The notes beneath the pieces are model-generated. The model was not told the origin of the DNA and did no database searches. It saw only the letters and a list, made by a program, of their open reading frames with translations. From an uncultured Gammaproteobacteria bacterium (GTDB lineage: Bacteria; Pseudomonadota; Gammaproteobacteria; UBA9214), in the NCBI GenBank assembly GCA_963827755.1, contig CAWHCQ010000035.1, positions 32,001 to 96,000 on the forward strand: a DNA stretch of 64,000 nt, read 5' to 3'. The position numbers and the translations under genes were made by a program. Positions 29,997-43,668 of the stretch are shown here, one piece after another (position 1 is the first letter of the stretch; each line of letters starts with the position of its first letter).

Positions 29997-30065
29997 AGAA
30001 GTTAGAAGTTAGAAGTTAGAAGTTAGAAGTTAGAAGTTAGAAGTTAGAAGTTAGAAGTTAGAAGT
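29997..30065. repeat. perfect heptamer tandem repeat (AGAAGTT), 9 full copies plus AGAAGT
   Basis: Read directly from the sequence. It lies between convergent genes. Confidence 0.97.
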
Positions 30066-30099
30066 GCGGCTGGAAGCGGGTCTTGTGGTCATCCCCCTG

Positions 30100-31584
30100 T
30101 CAGTGGACCGTCTTGGCGGGCATCGAAGTTGGTGCCGCGACACGCGGCTGGCTGGCATGAGCGGATGCCGGCCGGTTTCGCAGCGGTAACCACAGCTGGA
30201 TCCTGATGCTCTCATCCAGCGAATGAACAATATTCATGGCGCCACTGCGATCGGCGACCACCATCTCCCAGAGCGTCTCGCCCTGTTGTCCGCGATCGCA
30301 TTGAAAGCCGCTAATGCCGGCGGTGAATGTCTTGATCCGCGAGAGCACGGCTTCCTCTCCCTGGAAGCGGAATATATATTTCAGATAACAACCCGCCTGC
30401 AGCCAGTCGGGATCATCATCCCGAACCCGGTTTTCATTGACCTGGAAATGCAATACCAGGGCCGGTACAACGGCCTGTTCGATTTCCCCGATCAGGTCTG
30501 CTCCCAGCCGCGGCAGGATCCTGCTGTTTGCTGTGTCATACCCCGCACCGCGCAATCCCTCGTCAGCCTCCTCAAGCAGACGACGCAGATTCGATACGTC
30601 GTCCGCAGCCGCCTGCAACAAACCGGGCAGGCTGTCGAGCGCCTCCGGGAAGCCGTGAAAACTGCTGTCAAGCTGCAGCAGCAGCACTTCATTCGCAGAC
30701 TCCCGCACCGGCGATGCCTGCATGACTGCAACTTCCCCGCCGTCATCCGCCATCTCCAGAAATACCCCCCCGGGCAGGGCAACCGGCAGGGCCAGGTTTT
30801 CACGAAAGCTGCTCCAGTAATCGCACAGATCCTGCGGGGGTGAAGTTTCCCGCGACCCGGCGTCATCAATTGCATCGGCAATATCGCCGATCTGGCTGGA
30901 AACCTCTGCATCCGGAAACAGTGAAGTGAATGCCTGCCTGGAGCGCTCCGCCCGTCGCACATGGACATCGTGGAACAATACCCCGAGAAGCGGGACATCG
31001 AGCCCCAGGTGCTGCTTGAGCTCGAGGTTGAATGTGTGATGAAGTTCAGTCGCGTCGGCGGCACGGTCCAGCTGGTTGATCAACAGGGACAACTCACCCT
31101 GAAAACCATTGCGCTGCAAAATTCGCAGCAGCGCAAAGGCCTCTGACCGGGAACGCGGATCCGCTGTGATCACCAGGATGAGCTGCGGCGATGCCCGGCA
31201 GCATGCGAGCAGGGTACGCGGATCCATGCCGGAGGTATCCACCAGGAAATCATCGTAGCCGTCGGCAGAATCCATCCCGGTTATGAGCTTCTGCACGACC
31301 TGTTCCGCTGCACGATCCCACTGTGACAAGGGCATACCGGGGGAAAGAACATCAACACCCAGGTAACCCCTGCGCACCAGTGAGCCACCATGATCGGTCG
31401 AGCGACGCTGCAGCAGCTTTTCCCGGGGCAAGGCCAGCAGGTCATCAATCGAATGAGGTGAACCGCCCTGGCAGAACATCGCCGCCTGCCGTCCTCGACG
31501 CACCATCTCGAGCGCAAGGTTCAGGGCAAGGTGGGTTTTCCCCACCCGCTCAATACCACTGCAGAGTGTAATTATCCTGGTCAT
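30100..31584 (-). CDS. MinD/FlhG-like P-loop protein with an unrecognised C-terminal domain
   Basis: RIITLCSGIERVGKT..ALNLA, YDDFLVDTSG, SRSEAFALLRIL, LLINQ, LLGVLFHD. The last 250 or so residues are unrecognised. Confidence 0.72.
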   Translation of the reverse strand: MTRIITLCSGIERVGKTHLALNLALEMVRRGRQAAMFCQGGSPHSIDDLLALPREKLLQRRSTDHGGSLVRRGYLGVDVLSPGMPLSQWDRAAEQVVQKLITGMDSADGYDDFLVDTSGMDPRTLLACCRASPQLILVITADPRSRSEAFALLRILQRNGFQGELSLLINQLDRAADATELHHTFNLELKQHLGLDVPLLGVLFHDVHVRRAERSRQAFTSLFPDAEVSSQIGDIADAIDDAGSRETSPPQDLCDYWSSFRENLALPVALPGGVFLEMADDGGEVAVMQASPVRESANEVLLLQLDSSFHGFPEALDSLPGLLQAAADDVSNLRRLLEEADEGLRGAGYDTANSRILPRLGADLIGEIEQAVVPALVLHFQVNENRVRDDDPDWLQAGCYLKYIFRFQGEEAVLSRIKTFTAGISGFQCDRGQQGETLWEMVVADRSGAMNIVHSLDESIRIQLWLPLRNRPASAHASQPRVAAPTSMPAKTVH

Positions 31585-31702
31585 AGCCGTTATTATTGTT
31601 GAGGATTGCGCACACCAACCCGTTTATACGTGTCAGCCCTGCTGTACATTACCTGTTTCAGGCTATTGTAACCCAATCCGGGCTGCTGATGGCTGACGGG
31701 AC

Positions 31703-31885
31703 CTAGCGGGTCAATTCATCTGTTTGCCGGCGCTGCTGCCGACTTGATTCCAGCAGCATATTCTCGACCTCACCGGCCTTTTCAATCATATCGGTCTTCC
31801 CCTTCCAGACATGCCCTTCCTGTGGATCACCACAGCCGTGACAGACCAGCGTCGCCACAAGCAGCAGCGGTAATGGTTTGTACAT
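31703..31885 (-). CDS. small putative lipoprotein (60 aa)
   Basis: AGGAGG RBS, then MYKPLPLLLVATLVCHGC with a lipobox-like Cys and a helical tail. Confidence 0.65.
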   Translation of the reverse strand: MYKPLPLLLVATLVCHGCGDPQEGHVWKGKTDMIEKAGEVENMLLESSRQQRRQTDELTR

Positions 31886-31907
31886 GTCAGCTTCCTCCTG
31901 TTTCGGC

Positions 31908-34214
31908 CTAAAATCTGCGTGCTGCAACAAGCCAGTCAATCATCTCCGCGCATCTTATTGGCTTGCTGATGTAATACCCCTGGAAATAGTCACAGCCCAT
32001 AGCCTTCAGCTGATGCTGTACTGCCAGGCTCTCCACCCCTTCGGCGGTCACCGTGAGCCCCATACTGTGGGCGAGATCAATCGTGGCCCGGACGATGGCA
32101 GCATTGTCTTCATCCGTATCCATGTCGATCACAAATGACTTGTCGACCTTGAGGGTATGCACCGGCAGTCGCCTTAGATAGACCAGCGACGAATGCCCGG
32201 TACCAAAATCATCGATCGACAGTTTCAGGCCCATTGCCGCCATCCGGCCGAGCATATCGACCACCTGTTCAGGATCGAGCATAACCCCCGTTTCTGTAAT
32301 CTCGATCAACAGTGATTGCGGCCGCAGCCGGTTGCGCTGCAGTGACTGGTCAATTGCATCGATTAGCCCCAGGTCATGCAGATTATGCATGGAAAGATTG
32401 ATGCCGCTGCGTAAACCGGGTTTGCTCTTTTGCATCAGCGCCAGCTCCCGACATGCAGTTTCAATGACCCACTCGGAGAGCTGCTTGATCAGGCCGCTTT
32501 GTTCCGCGACTCGAATAAATGTTTCCGGCATCATCAGCTTGCCGTCACGCTGCTGCCAGCGCAACAATGCCTCCAGGTAGCTCACCTCGCCCGTGGCAAA
32601 GTCGATTACCGGTTGATACACGAGGTAGAGGTCATCCGGTTCAATGTCTTTTCTCAGGATACTGTCAAGTGATTCCCTTGCCAGGTCGCTGGTTACCTCG
32701 CTTGCAGGATCATAGATGGCGTAGGCCTGTTTGCTGTTCTTCACCGAATACATCGCCTGGTCGGCATAGCGCAACAGTGATTCGGAATCCTCGGCATGCT
32801 CGGGCAGCAGCGAGATACCGATACAAACAGATGCGGAGAGCTTGTGCCCTTCAATCTCGAACCCGGATTCCATGGATTGAATGATCTTCCCGGCAACCTG
32901 TATCGCCTGCTGCCGGTCCGTATCAGGAAGAATGACGACAAACTCATCACCGCCAAGACGTGCGAGGGTATCCGATTCACGCAACTCGTTGCCGATACGG
33001 CTGACCACATCTTTCAGCAGCAGGTCACCTGTGTGGTGACCGAGCAGATCATTGACATATTTAAAGCGCACCATGTCTATCAGCAAGAGTGCTGCTGTCA
33101 ATGGTGCCCTGCGGTGTTCTGCAATCAGTTGCTTCAACCGGTCTTCCAGCAAGGCGCGGTTATAGGTGCCGGTCAGCGGGTCCCTGATCGCCATATCATG
33201 CAGTGACTTGTATAACTCACCGAGCGCATGAAAACTGACCGGCGCCGTCGCCTCTTCTGCATTCGAGGCAGCGGAATCATTCTGCTTGTTGCCGGCCCAT
33301 CTGTCCCGGAGCTGAAAACTCAGATCCTTGAGTGGCTTGAAAACCGAATACTTGACAAGCACCAGGGCGAACGCGACAGTCGTCAGGATGATCAGGACCA
33401 CCACGAGCAACAGGCGGTTGTTGGTTATATCCAGCTTCATGACCAGGGCATCGGCATTGCGAACCGAGGTGATTGTCAATGCCGGGCGCGAATCGTCGGC
33501 CCTGAGAATATAATCCGCCCTGACAATGGCCGTTCCACCCTGTTCCTGCCAGCCGGGCGAACTGGAAACAGCACTGCCATCCATCAGTGTAATCTGCAAG
33601 GGCATATCCATTTGTTCACCGGCCCTGCCAAGTTGCGGTACCGGGTTGACAAGCATCTGCAAATATCCCGTCGGTTCAGGCCCGCCTATCGCTTCCATCA
33701 CTGCAAGAAAAGGAACGCTTTCAACAACGCAAAGCTCATGGGCCGGTTTAAACCGGTCGGCATTGCGTCGCTTGCGCATCCCGTCGACCAGGCCGGAACA
33801 ATACACTCCGCCGGGACCGGCACGGACGGCCGTTTTCGAAACCGAGGCAAGCAGGTCAAAATCACTATCAAACGCAAACATGCCCGCCATCTCGATGTTG
33901 CTCGAGGATGCCGTTGCCAGCCGGAACTGCTCCTCGAGAACGCTGGTAACGGCATCCCTGTCTTTGGCATCGAATGCAACCCCGAAGCTATCGGTGTTCT
34001 GAATCTGCAGTCCCAGGCGTCTTGCTTCCTCTACAGCTTCACTGATCAGCTCCGCCACCTTCACCTCGACCAGGCGGGCCATGTACTGGCGCTGGAGATC
34101 AATGGCCAGTTGCCGATAGGTCTGCGCACTGACAAACACCGTTGCCGCACTGATCACGCCCACCAGGATAATTGCGAGTACCAGGCCAGATAACAGGTTG
34201 ATATGTTTTTTCAT
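31908..34214 (-). CDS. membrane-bound GGDEF-EAL diguanylate cyclase/phosphodiesterase
   Basis: Two TM segments around a periplasmic domain, DPLTG, RESD I-site, GGDEF, EALLRW, DDFGTG, EGVE. Confidence 0.94.
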   Translation of the reverse strand: MKKHINLLSGLVLAIILVGVISAATVFVSAQTYRQLAIDLQRQYMARLVEVKVAELISEAVEEARRLGLQIQNTDSFGVAFDAKDRDAVTSVLEEQFRLATASSSNIEMAGMFAFDSDFDLLASVSKTAVRAGPGGVYCSGLVDGMRKRRNADRFKPAHELCVVESVPFLAVMEAIGGPEPTGYLQMLVNPVPQLGRAGEQMDMPLQITLMDGSAVSSSPGWQEQGGTAIVRADYILRADDSRPALTITSVRNADALVMKLDITNNRLLLVVVLIILTTVAFALVLVKYSVFKPLKDLSFQLRDRWAGNKQNDSAASNAEEATAPVSFHALGELYKSLHDMAIRDPLTGTYNRALLEDRLKQLIAEHRRAPLTAALLLIDMVRFKYVNDLLGHHTGDLLLKDVVSRIGNELRESDTLARLGGDEFVVILPDTDRQQAIQVAGKIIQSMESGFEIEGHKLSASVCIGISLLPEHAEDSESLLRYADQAMYSVKNSKQAYAIYDPASEVTSDLARESLDSILRKDIEPDDLYLVYQPVIDFATGEVSYLEALLRWQQRDGKLMMPETFIRVAEQSGLIKQLSEWVIETACRELALMQKSKPGLRSGINLSMHNLHDLGLIDAIDQSLQRNRLRPQSLLIEITETGVMLDPEQVVDMLGRMAAMGLKLSIDDFGTGHSSLVYLRRLPVHTLKVDKSFVIDMDTDEDNAAIVRATIDLAHSMGLTVTAEGVESLAVQHQLKAMGCDYFQGYYISKPIRCAEMIDWLVAARRF

Positions 34215-34306
34215 AGAGAGTCGGGGCTACGCCTGAACGGGTGCTATGTCGGGATCTTGCTTGCGTTTAAAAGCGGGACAGCTCCGGTTTGCATGATTGG
34301 TAATTT

Positions 34307-37053
<2,747 letters not shown>

Positions 37054-37076
37054 CGAGACGACTATTCTCCGCTGTC

Positions 37077-40000
37077 CTACATCGCAACCATTTGAACAGC
37101 CGCATCCACATCGACCGCAACCAGCCGCGACACGCCCGGTTCGTGCATCGTCACACCCGTCAGCTGATTTGCCATTTCCATGGTGATCTTGTTGTGGGTG
37201 ATGAAAATAAACTGAATATGCTCGGACATCTGCTTGACCATGTCGCAGTAACGACCGACATTGGTGTCATCGAGTGGCGCATCCACCTCGTCGAGCATGC
37301 AGAAAGGTGACGGGTTCAGCTTGAAGATCGAAAACACCAGGGCAATGGCCGTCAATGCCTTCTCACCGCCGGAAAGCAGATGAATGGTACTGTTGCGTTT
37401 GCCGGGAGGCCGCGCCATCACCGTAACCCCTGTGTCCAGCAGGTCTTCCCCTGTGAGTTCGAGGTAGGCATGCCCGCCACCGAACAGGGTCGGGAAATTC
37501 TCCTGCAAACCGGTGTTGACCTGTTCAAAGGTTTCCTTGAAGCGTGACCGGGTTTCGCGATCGATCTTGGCAATCGCATTTTCAAGCGTTGTCAGCGCCT
37601 CGGTTAAATCGAGATGCTGGGCATCGAGGTAGACCTTGCGCTTTGACTCTTCTTCAAACTCGTCAATGGCGGCCAGGTTGATCGGACCGAGCCGGTCGAT
37701 GCGCCGTTCCAGCTTTTCAGCACGTTCGGACCATGCCTCGAGCGTTGCATTCTCGTCCAGCTCGTCGAGCAGCGGCCTGAAATCAAAACCGGCGGCGTTG
37801 ATCTGCTCAAGCAGCGTATCGCTGCGCACCTTGACTTCCTGCCAGGCCATGCGCTCCTGTTCGATCTGTTCACGCTGGCTGCTCACAGAGCGTTCCTTCC
37901 TGATGCGCTCCTGGTCGAGCTCACGTACGCCATGCTCGATGTCTTCGACCTGTTTCCTGGCAGCCGACAGTTCGCCTTCGACCGTCGAGCGATTCGCCAT
38001 CAATCCCTGCAGTTCACGCTCCAGGTCCACGATCGGGGTGTCGCCCTGGCCGAGAATCGCTTTCAGTTCGTCACGACGTGTCGCCAGCTGGCCGCATTGC
38101 TCACGCATCCGCTCCAGCGCATGCTCCGTGGCCCGCTGCGTCGTACGCACGGATTCCGCACGCAAGGCAAGTTCATGCACTGCCTGCTGGTCATTGCGTG
38201 CCTGTTCACGCGCATCATCCAGCAGGCCACTCAGGTGCTGTTGCTTGCGGGTGCGCTCCGCGCGCTCCGCGCCAAGTGCTTCAATTTCGGTGAGGGCCTG
38301 CTGCAGCAGCATTTGCGCATTGGCACGTTCCCGTGCCTCGTCTTCCTGCTGGTTGCGCAGTGCCTGTGATTCTTTCAGGACAGTCTCGCTGCGGCTGTGT
38401 TCCTGTTCAAACCGCGACTTGACGGCAGCCAGGCGTGCCTGCAGGTCAGCGGCCTGGTGATGCGCCTCGTTATAGTCGCGCTGCAAACTCTCACGTTCCG
38501 ACTCAAAAGCCAGCAGCTGCTCACGCGCCTGCGCAATCGAGGCGCGGAGGACTTCAAGGTTGGCCGATTGTGCCGCAGACTGCGCGGTCAGCTCGCTGAT
38601 TTCACGTTCGCGGGCGAGTACACCGGCCTTCTCGTCGGCATCGCGTGCCACCCGCAACCAGCCGTTGCCGATCCAGACACCTTCCTGAGTAATGACCGAT
38701 TCGTGCGCACCCAGTGCAGCGCGCATGCCGAGCGCCTGTGAGAGTGATTCGGCCACGTAGACGCCGTCCAGCAGGGCTGTCAACGGCCAGGGGGACTGCA
38801 CCTTGTCGGTCAGCGGCACACCCTTGCTGCCTGCAGAATCCGCGATGCCGGTGGCGCCGGTATCAAACAGTGCGACCGCACCCTCTTCCAGCCCGGCCAG
38901 CCACTGTTCCGCGTTTTCCAGGCCTTCGACGCAAACCGCTTCAAGATAGGAACCCAGCGCGGTTTCCACGGCATGTTCCCAGCCCGGCTCTACCTGTATC
39001 TGCTGCACCAGCCGGGGCGCTGATTGCAGGCCGTTCGATTTCAGCCAGCCGCTGACCTGTTCGGAACGCTTGCCCAGTGCGGCATTCTGCAGGGTTTCCA
39101 GCGAGGCCAGCTTGCCGCGCGTATCGTGGTAAATACTGAGCAAGGCCGACTGTTCCTGTTCGTGTTGCTGCAGGCCGTTACGCGTCGCGGTTATTTGCCG
39201 GACCGCTGCATCCTGCTTCACCTGGATATCGTCAACAACCGTTTCGCGAACTTCACACTCACGCGCCAGTTGTTCGATTTCTTTTTCAAGCGACCCGTCA
39301 CCCAGGGACTGCTGTTCCTGGTCCATGCGCTGCAACCGTTCATCAAGTTGCTGCATATGACGTTCGAGATGATCAAGCCGGGTGCGTTCGACCTGTGCCG
39401 ACTGGGCACGCTCTGCCGCGCGTTGATTGAACTCGTCCCATTCTTCCTGCCAGGCACGCATCGACTGTTCGATTTCTTTCAGCATGGTGGCGGACTGTTC
39501 GGCCTGAGCTTGTTGGGCATCCAGCTCGGGAGAAATAGTTTCAAGGTCACGCGCCAGCTCTTGCAGGCTGGAAGTATCGATAAGAATATGCTCTTCGATT
39601 TCACCGAGGGTCTTTTCAGACCGGGAAAATTCCTGTTCCTGCTGCTGGCGTGATTCCCGGCTGTGCTGAATCGCCTGCTCAACGCGCGCTACATCCGCAC
39701 CCAGCTTGTAGTAGCGGCCCTGCACGGTATTGAATGCTTCATTGGCGGCGGTAAGACTTATGCGCAATTTTTCCAGCTCGGCTTCGATGCTGCGTTGCGC
39801 AGCCAGCTCGGCCTGCATGGCCAGTTCACGTTCCTGCAGCTGCTGCTGACGCTGCGAACTCTCCTCGTGCATGGCGTTATAGCGCAGCGACAGCAATTCA
39901 GCCTTGACCTGGCGCTCTTCTTCCTTGAGTTCCTTGTAGCGCGCCGCTGCACGCGACTGGCGTTTCAATTTATCGAGTTGCTTGTCGATCTCTTCGAGCA

Positions 40001-40589
40001 GGTCATTCAGGCGATCAAGATTTTCACGTGTATGGCGAATACGGGTCTCGGTCTCACGCCGGCGTTCCTTGTACCTGGAAATGCCGGCGGCCTCCTCGAG
40101 GAACGCACGCAGGTCATCCGGCTTGGCCTCGATCAGGCGTGAAATCGTACCCTGCTCGATAATCGAGTAACTGCGCGGACCGAGTCCGGTGCCGAGGAAG
40201 ATATCGGTGATATCACGCCGCCGGCAGCGCGTATTGTTGAGGAAATAATTGGACGTGCCGTCGCGGGAAACCTGGCGACGGATGGATATTTCACTGTAGG
40301 CGGCGTATTCCCCGCCGATGGTGCCGTCGGAATTATCGAACACCAGTTCAATACTGGCGTGCCCGACCGGTTTGCGCGCATTCGAGCCGTTGAAGATGAC
40401 ATCCGCCATGGACTCGCCACGCAGGTTCTTCGCCGAGCTCTCGCCCATCACCCAGCGCACGGCATCGATAATATTCGATTTACCGCAGCCGTTCGGGCCA
40501 ACGACGCCAACGAGATTACTGGGGATATAGATCGTGGTCGGATCGACGAAGGATTTGAAGCCCGCCAGCTTGATTTTGGTCAATCGCAT
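37077..40589 (-). CDS. smc: chromosome segregation protein SMC
   Basis: GFKSF, GPNGCGKSN, coiled coils, hinge, LSGGE, LDEVDAPLD. Confidence 0.98.
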   Translation of the reverse strand: MRLTKIKLAGFKSFVDPTTIYIPSNLVGVVGPNGCGKSNIIDAVRWVMGESSAKNLRGESMADVIFNGSNARKPVGHASIELVFDNSDGTIGGEYAAYSEISIRRQVSRDGTSNYFLNNTRCRRRDITDIFLGTGLGPRSYSIIEQGTISRLIEAKPDDLRAFLEEAAGISRYKERRRETETRIRHTRENLDRLNDLLEEIDKQLDKLKRQSRAAARYKELKEEERQVKAELLSLRYNAMHEESSQRQQQLQERELAMQAELAAQRSIEAELEKLRISLTAANEAFNTVQGRYYKLGADVARVEQAIQHSRESRQQQEQEFSRSEKTLGEIEEHILIDTSSLQELARDLETISPELDAQQAQAEQSATMLKEIEQSMRAWQEEWDEFNQRAAERAQSAQVERTRLDHLERHMQQLDERLQRMDQEQQSLGDGSLEKEIEQLARECEVRETVVDDIQVKQDAAVRQITATRNGLQQHEQEQSALLSIYHDTRGKLASLETLQNAALGKRSEQVSGWLKSNGLQSAPRLVQQIQVEPGWEHAVETALGSYLEAVCVEGLENAEQWLAGLEEGAVALFDTGATGIADSAGSKGVPLTDKVQSPWPLTALLDGVYVAESLSQALGMRAALGAHESVITQEGVWIGNGWLRVARDADEKAGVLAREREISELTAQSAAQSANLEVLRASIAQAREQLLAFESERESLQRDYNEAHHQAADLQARLAAVKSRFEQEHSRSETVLKESQALRNQQEDEARERANAQMLLQQALTEIEALGAERAERTRKQQHLSGLLDDAREQARNDQQAVHELALRAESVRTTQRATEHALERMREQCGQLATRRDELKAILGQGDTPIVDLERELQGLMANRSTVEGELSAARKQVEDIEHGVRELDQERIRKERSVSSQREQIEQERMAWQEVKVRSDTLLEQINAAGFDFRPLLDELDENATLEAWSERAEKLERRIDRLGPINLAAIDEFEEESKRKVYLDAQHLDLTEALTTLENAIAKIDRETRSRFKETFEQVNTGLQENFPTLFGGGHAYLELTGEDLLDTGVTVMARPPGKRNSTIHLLSGGEKALTAIALVFSIFKLNPSPFCMLDEVDAPLDDTNVGRYCDMVKQMSEHIQFIFITHNKITMEMANQLTGVTMHEPGVSRLVAVDVDAAVQMVAM

Positions 40590-40684
40590 GGACGCTGAGA
40601 TTACCCGATTAATGCCGAAAAATACAAGCTTTTGTTATTCTCCGGCACTTGCACACATCATCTTGTGTCCGTACCCTTTGGCCC

Positions 40685-41074
40685 ATGTCGACCCAACCGA
40701 GCAGGGACCTGGACACCTTTGCCAGTCCGCACCCCGAACGCGATTACAGCATCCGCATCCGCATGCCGGAATTCACCTGCCTGTGCCCGAAAACCGGCCA
40801 ACCGGATTTCGCCACCCTGCACCTTGAATATGTCCCGGACCAGCGCTGCGTCGAGCTGAAGTCGCTGAAGCTGTATATCTGGTCGTTTCGTGATGAGGGC
40901 GCCTTTCACGAGGACGTCACCAACCGCATCCTCGATGACCTGGTGGCGGCCTGCCAGCCGCGCTTCATGCGCCTGCGCGCTGAATTCTATGTCCGTGGCG
41001 GCATCTACACCGACGTGGTGGTCGAACACCGCCAGCCGGGCTGGACGCCGCAGCCCGTCGTGGATATATCATAA
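40685..41074 (+). CDS. queF: preQ0 reductase QueF, short single-domain type
   Basis: [33 protein letters not shown]. Confidence 0.93.
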   Translation: MSTQPSRDLDTFASPHPERDYSIRIRMPEFTCLCPKTGQPDFATLHLEYVPDQRCVELKSLKLYIWSFRDEGAFHEDVTNRILDDLVAACQPRFMRLRAEFYVRGGIYTDVVVEHRQPGWTPQPVVDIS

Positions 41075-41100
41075 CTATATTGTTTTTATTATAATTATAG

Positions 41101-41193
41101 TCTCGCGCAAAGGCGATAGAAACCGAAACCCGATTGCCACAGATATAGCGATTTCTGAATTTTTCTTCGCGGTCTTTGCGGCTTTGCGCGAGA
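41101..41193. repeat. inverted repeat with CTTTGCG subrepeats
   Basis: TCTCGCGCAAAG ... CTTCGCGGTCTTTGCGGCTTTGCGCGAGA. Confidence 0.6.
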
Positions 41194-41246
41194 TGTTTTT
41201 CGATTGGCAAACTACCTCGCAAAGCCACCCGTAACCGGAAAAGCGC

Positions 41247-42539
41247 ATGACACTTTACCTGGGCATCGATATCGGCACCTCGGCCTGCCGCAGCTGTGTC
41301 ATCGACGCGGATGCCCGTCATACAGGCGGAGGCCCGCACCCCGCTGCCTGCCCCGGTGCGCAGCGGTGCCGGCGTCGAGCAGGACCCGGAGTGCTGGTGG
41401 CAGGCGCTGACCGACAACCTCGATGAACTGGCCGGCCGGGTCCCGCTGGCAGCCGTTTCGGCCATCACCCTCGACGCCACCTCCTCGACCCTGCTCTGCA
41501 GCGACGGCGCGGGCAGGCCGTTGACCCCGGGCTTGATGTACAACGACGCCCGCGCCGGTCGCCAGGCCGGGCAGCTCGCCCGTATCGTGCCCGATGGCAG
41601 CGCCGCCCATGGCGCCAGTGCCAGCCTGGCAAAACTGCTCTGGCTGCTGCAGTCCCCGGCCGGCAAGCAGGCCCGCTACGCCCTGCACCAGGCCGACTGG
41701 CTGATCGGCCGCCTCTGTGGCCGCTTCGGAATCAGCGATGAAAACAATGCCCTGAAACTCGGCTATGACATTATCCAGCGCCGCTGGCCGGACTGGCTCG
41801 CCGCGGCTGGACATCCCGCCATCACTGTTTCCGCAGGTGGTGCCGGCAGGCCAGGTCATCGGCCGGCTGAGTGACGAATACTGCCGGCGCTGGGGGTTTT
41901 CGACAGGCACACGCGTGACCAGCGGTACGACCGACAGCACCGCAAGCTTCGTGGCGACACAGGCCGGGGCGGGTGAAGCCGTCACCTCGCTGGGCAGCAC
42001 GCTGGTGTTGAAAGTGCTGTCGCGCTGAACCGCTGTTTGCACCTGAAAACGGCATCTACAGTCATCGCCTTGGCAATCTCTGGCTGGCCGGTGGCGCCTC
42101 CAACAGTGGTGGCGCTGTGTTGCTGCACTATTTCAGCCTGGCCGAAATCAGCCGCATGACGGCATTGTTGAAACCGGACCAGCCAACCGGGCTGGATTAC
42201 TACCCCCTGCTGTCTGCGGGTGAGCGCTTTCCGGTGAACGACCCGCAACTGGCCCCGCGCCTCGAACCCCGCCCGAAGGACGACGCCGTTTTCTTCCAGG
42301 GCATGCTCGAAGGGATCGCGGCCATTGAAAAAACCGGCTACCGGCGACTGGCGGAACTGGGCGCGCCCTGGCCCGAAAAAGTCATCACCACCGGGGGCGG
42401 CGCCGCGAACCACGCCTGGCAAACCATCCGCTCGCGCTGCCTGGGCATCCCGGTCGTCGCCGCCGAACACCAGCAGGCCGCCTATGGCGCGGCATTACTG
42501 GCCCGCAGGAGCGCTCGACCTGATCAATCAACCCTGTAG
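41247..42539 (+). CDS. FGGY-family carbohydrate kinase (several frameshifts)
   Basis: MTLYLGIDIGTS, EQDP, MYND.R, HQADW, SDENNALKLGYD, GTTDS.ASF, SLGSTL, GGASNSGG, GERFP and GGGA are spread over several frames. Confidence 0.82.
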
Positions 42540-42683
42540 GAGCCAGCGCCAGCTGGCGAATGCTCGCGATGCCTCGAAAAACCTTCGCGAGCTGGCGCTG
42601 CCTACAGGTCGATTGTTTGATCAGGAGCGGATACATCGCCACAGGCATCAGAAACCGCTGTAGGAGCGGATCTCATCCGCGAT
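42519..42683. repeat. REP cluster: inverted pair at 42519-42625 plus a family-B REP
   Basis: CCTGTAGGAGCCAGCGCCAGCT ... AGCTGGCGCTGCCTACAGG, and GTAGGAGCGGATCTCATCCGCGAT at about 42660. Confidence 0.75.
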
Positions 42684-42759
42684 TACAATACAGCACAGGT
42701 CAAGGCCGCAAGCGACACTCATCCAATCCGAAGCAACGCACCACAGGACACTAACAGAC

Positions 42760-43649
42760 ATGAACAACAAACACTCAGGCGCACACTACTTGCTGGAAGG
42801 ACTGCGGCTTATTCGCCAACCCGGCCTGCGCCGCTACGTCGCCATCCCGCTGCTGATCAGCACGACCGTCTTTGCCGGGGCCATTTTCGGCGCCAGTCAT
42901 CTGGCTGGACAGCCTGATCAGCGTGCTGCTTGAGCTACCTGCCATCCTGGCTGAACTGGCTGCGTTACCTGCTCTTGCCCCTGTTTTACATTGTCGGCCG
43001 TGCTGATTATTTTTTACAGCTTCTCGCTGATCACCAACCTGATTGCAGCACCCTTCAACGGCATGCTGGCCGAAGCGGTCGAGCAACACCTGACGGGGCA
43101 GACGATCGCAACCGGCGGCTGGAAGGCCATCATGAAGGACCTGCTGCCCAGCCTGTTTGCCGAGCTGCGCAAGTTGCTCTATTTCATTATTCGCGCCATT
43201 CCACTGGGAGCTGCTGTTCCTGATCCCGGGCATCAACCTGGCCGCGCCCGTTTATCTGGGGCCTGTTCAGCGCATGGATGCTGGCGATCGAATACATCGA
43301 TTACCCGATGGCCAATCACCTGCTGCATTTTTCCGCGCAGAAAAAACTGTTGCGCCAGCGCAGGCTGCTCTCCTATGGTTTCGGCGGCAGCTCCCTGCTG
43401 ATGACAATGATCCCGGTGGTCAATTTCTTCGCCATGCCGGTATCCGTTGCGGGCGCAACGGCGATGTGGGTCGGGGAACTGAAGGCGATGGCAGCCGGAC
43501 AGAGCAAAACGAACACAGCAAGGCGCGGACATGAATCCGTAGCAAGATCCTGCTGCAGAATCCCAGTTCGCGGCACTTGCAGAATGCGCGCTCCTACAGG
43601 ATATCGATTGCAGCTCATCGCAGGAGCGCTTCGTCATCAGCGCGAGTAA
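42760..43649 (+). CDS. cysZ: sulfate transporter CysZ/EI24 family (several frameshifts, 3' end uncertain)
   Basis: GAHYLLEGLRLIRQPGLRRYVAIPL, NLIAAPFNGMLAEAVE, LAIEYIDYPMANH, IPVVNFFAMPVSVAGAT. Confidence 0.82.
43567..43645. repeat. degenerate REP-like units
   Basis: ...GCGCGCTCCTACAGG and CGCAGGAGCGCT...AGCGCGA share the GTAGGAGC head of family B. Confidence 0.45.
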
Positions 43650-43668
43650 ATCCTGCCACCCCATGCAC

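Noticed and set aside
29997-30065. Possible CRISPR array or telomere-like end
   Set aside because: It has 7-bp units with no spacers, there are no cas genes, and it is internal to the contig.
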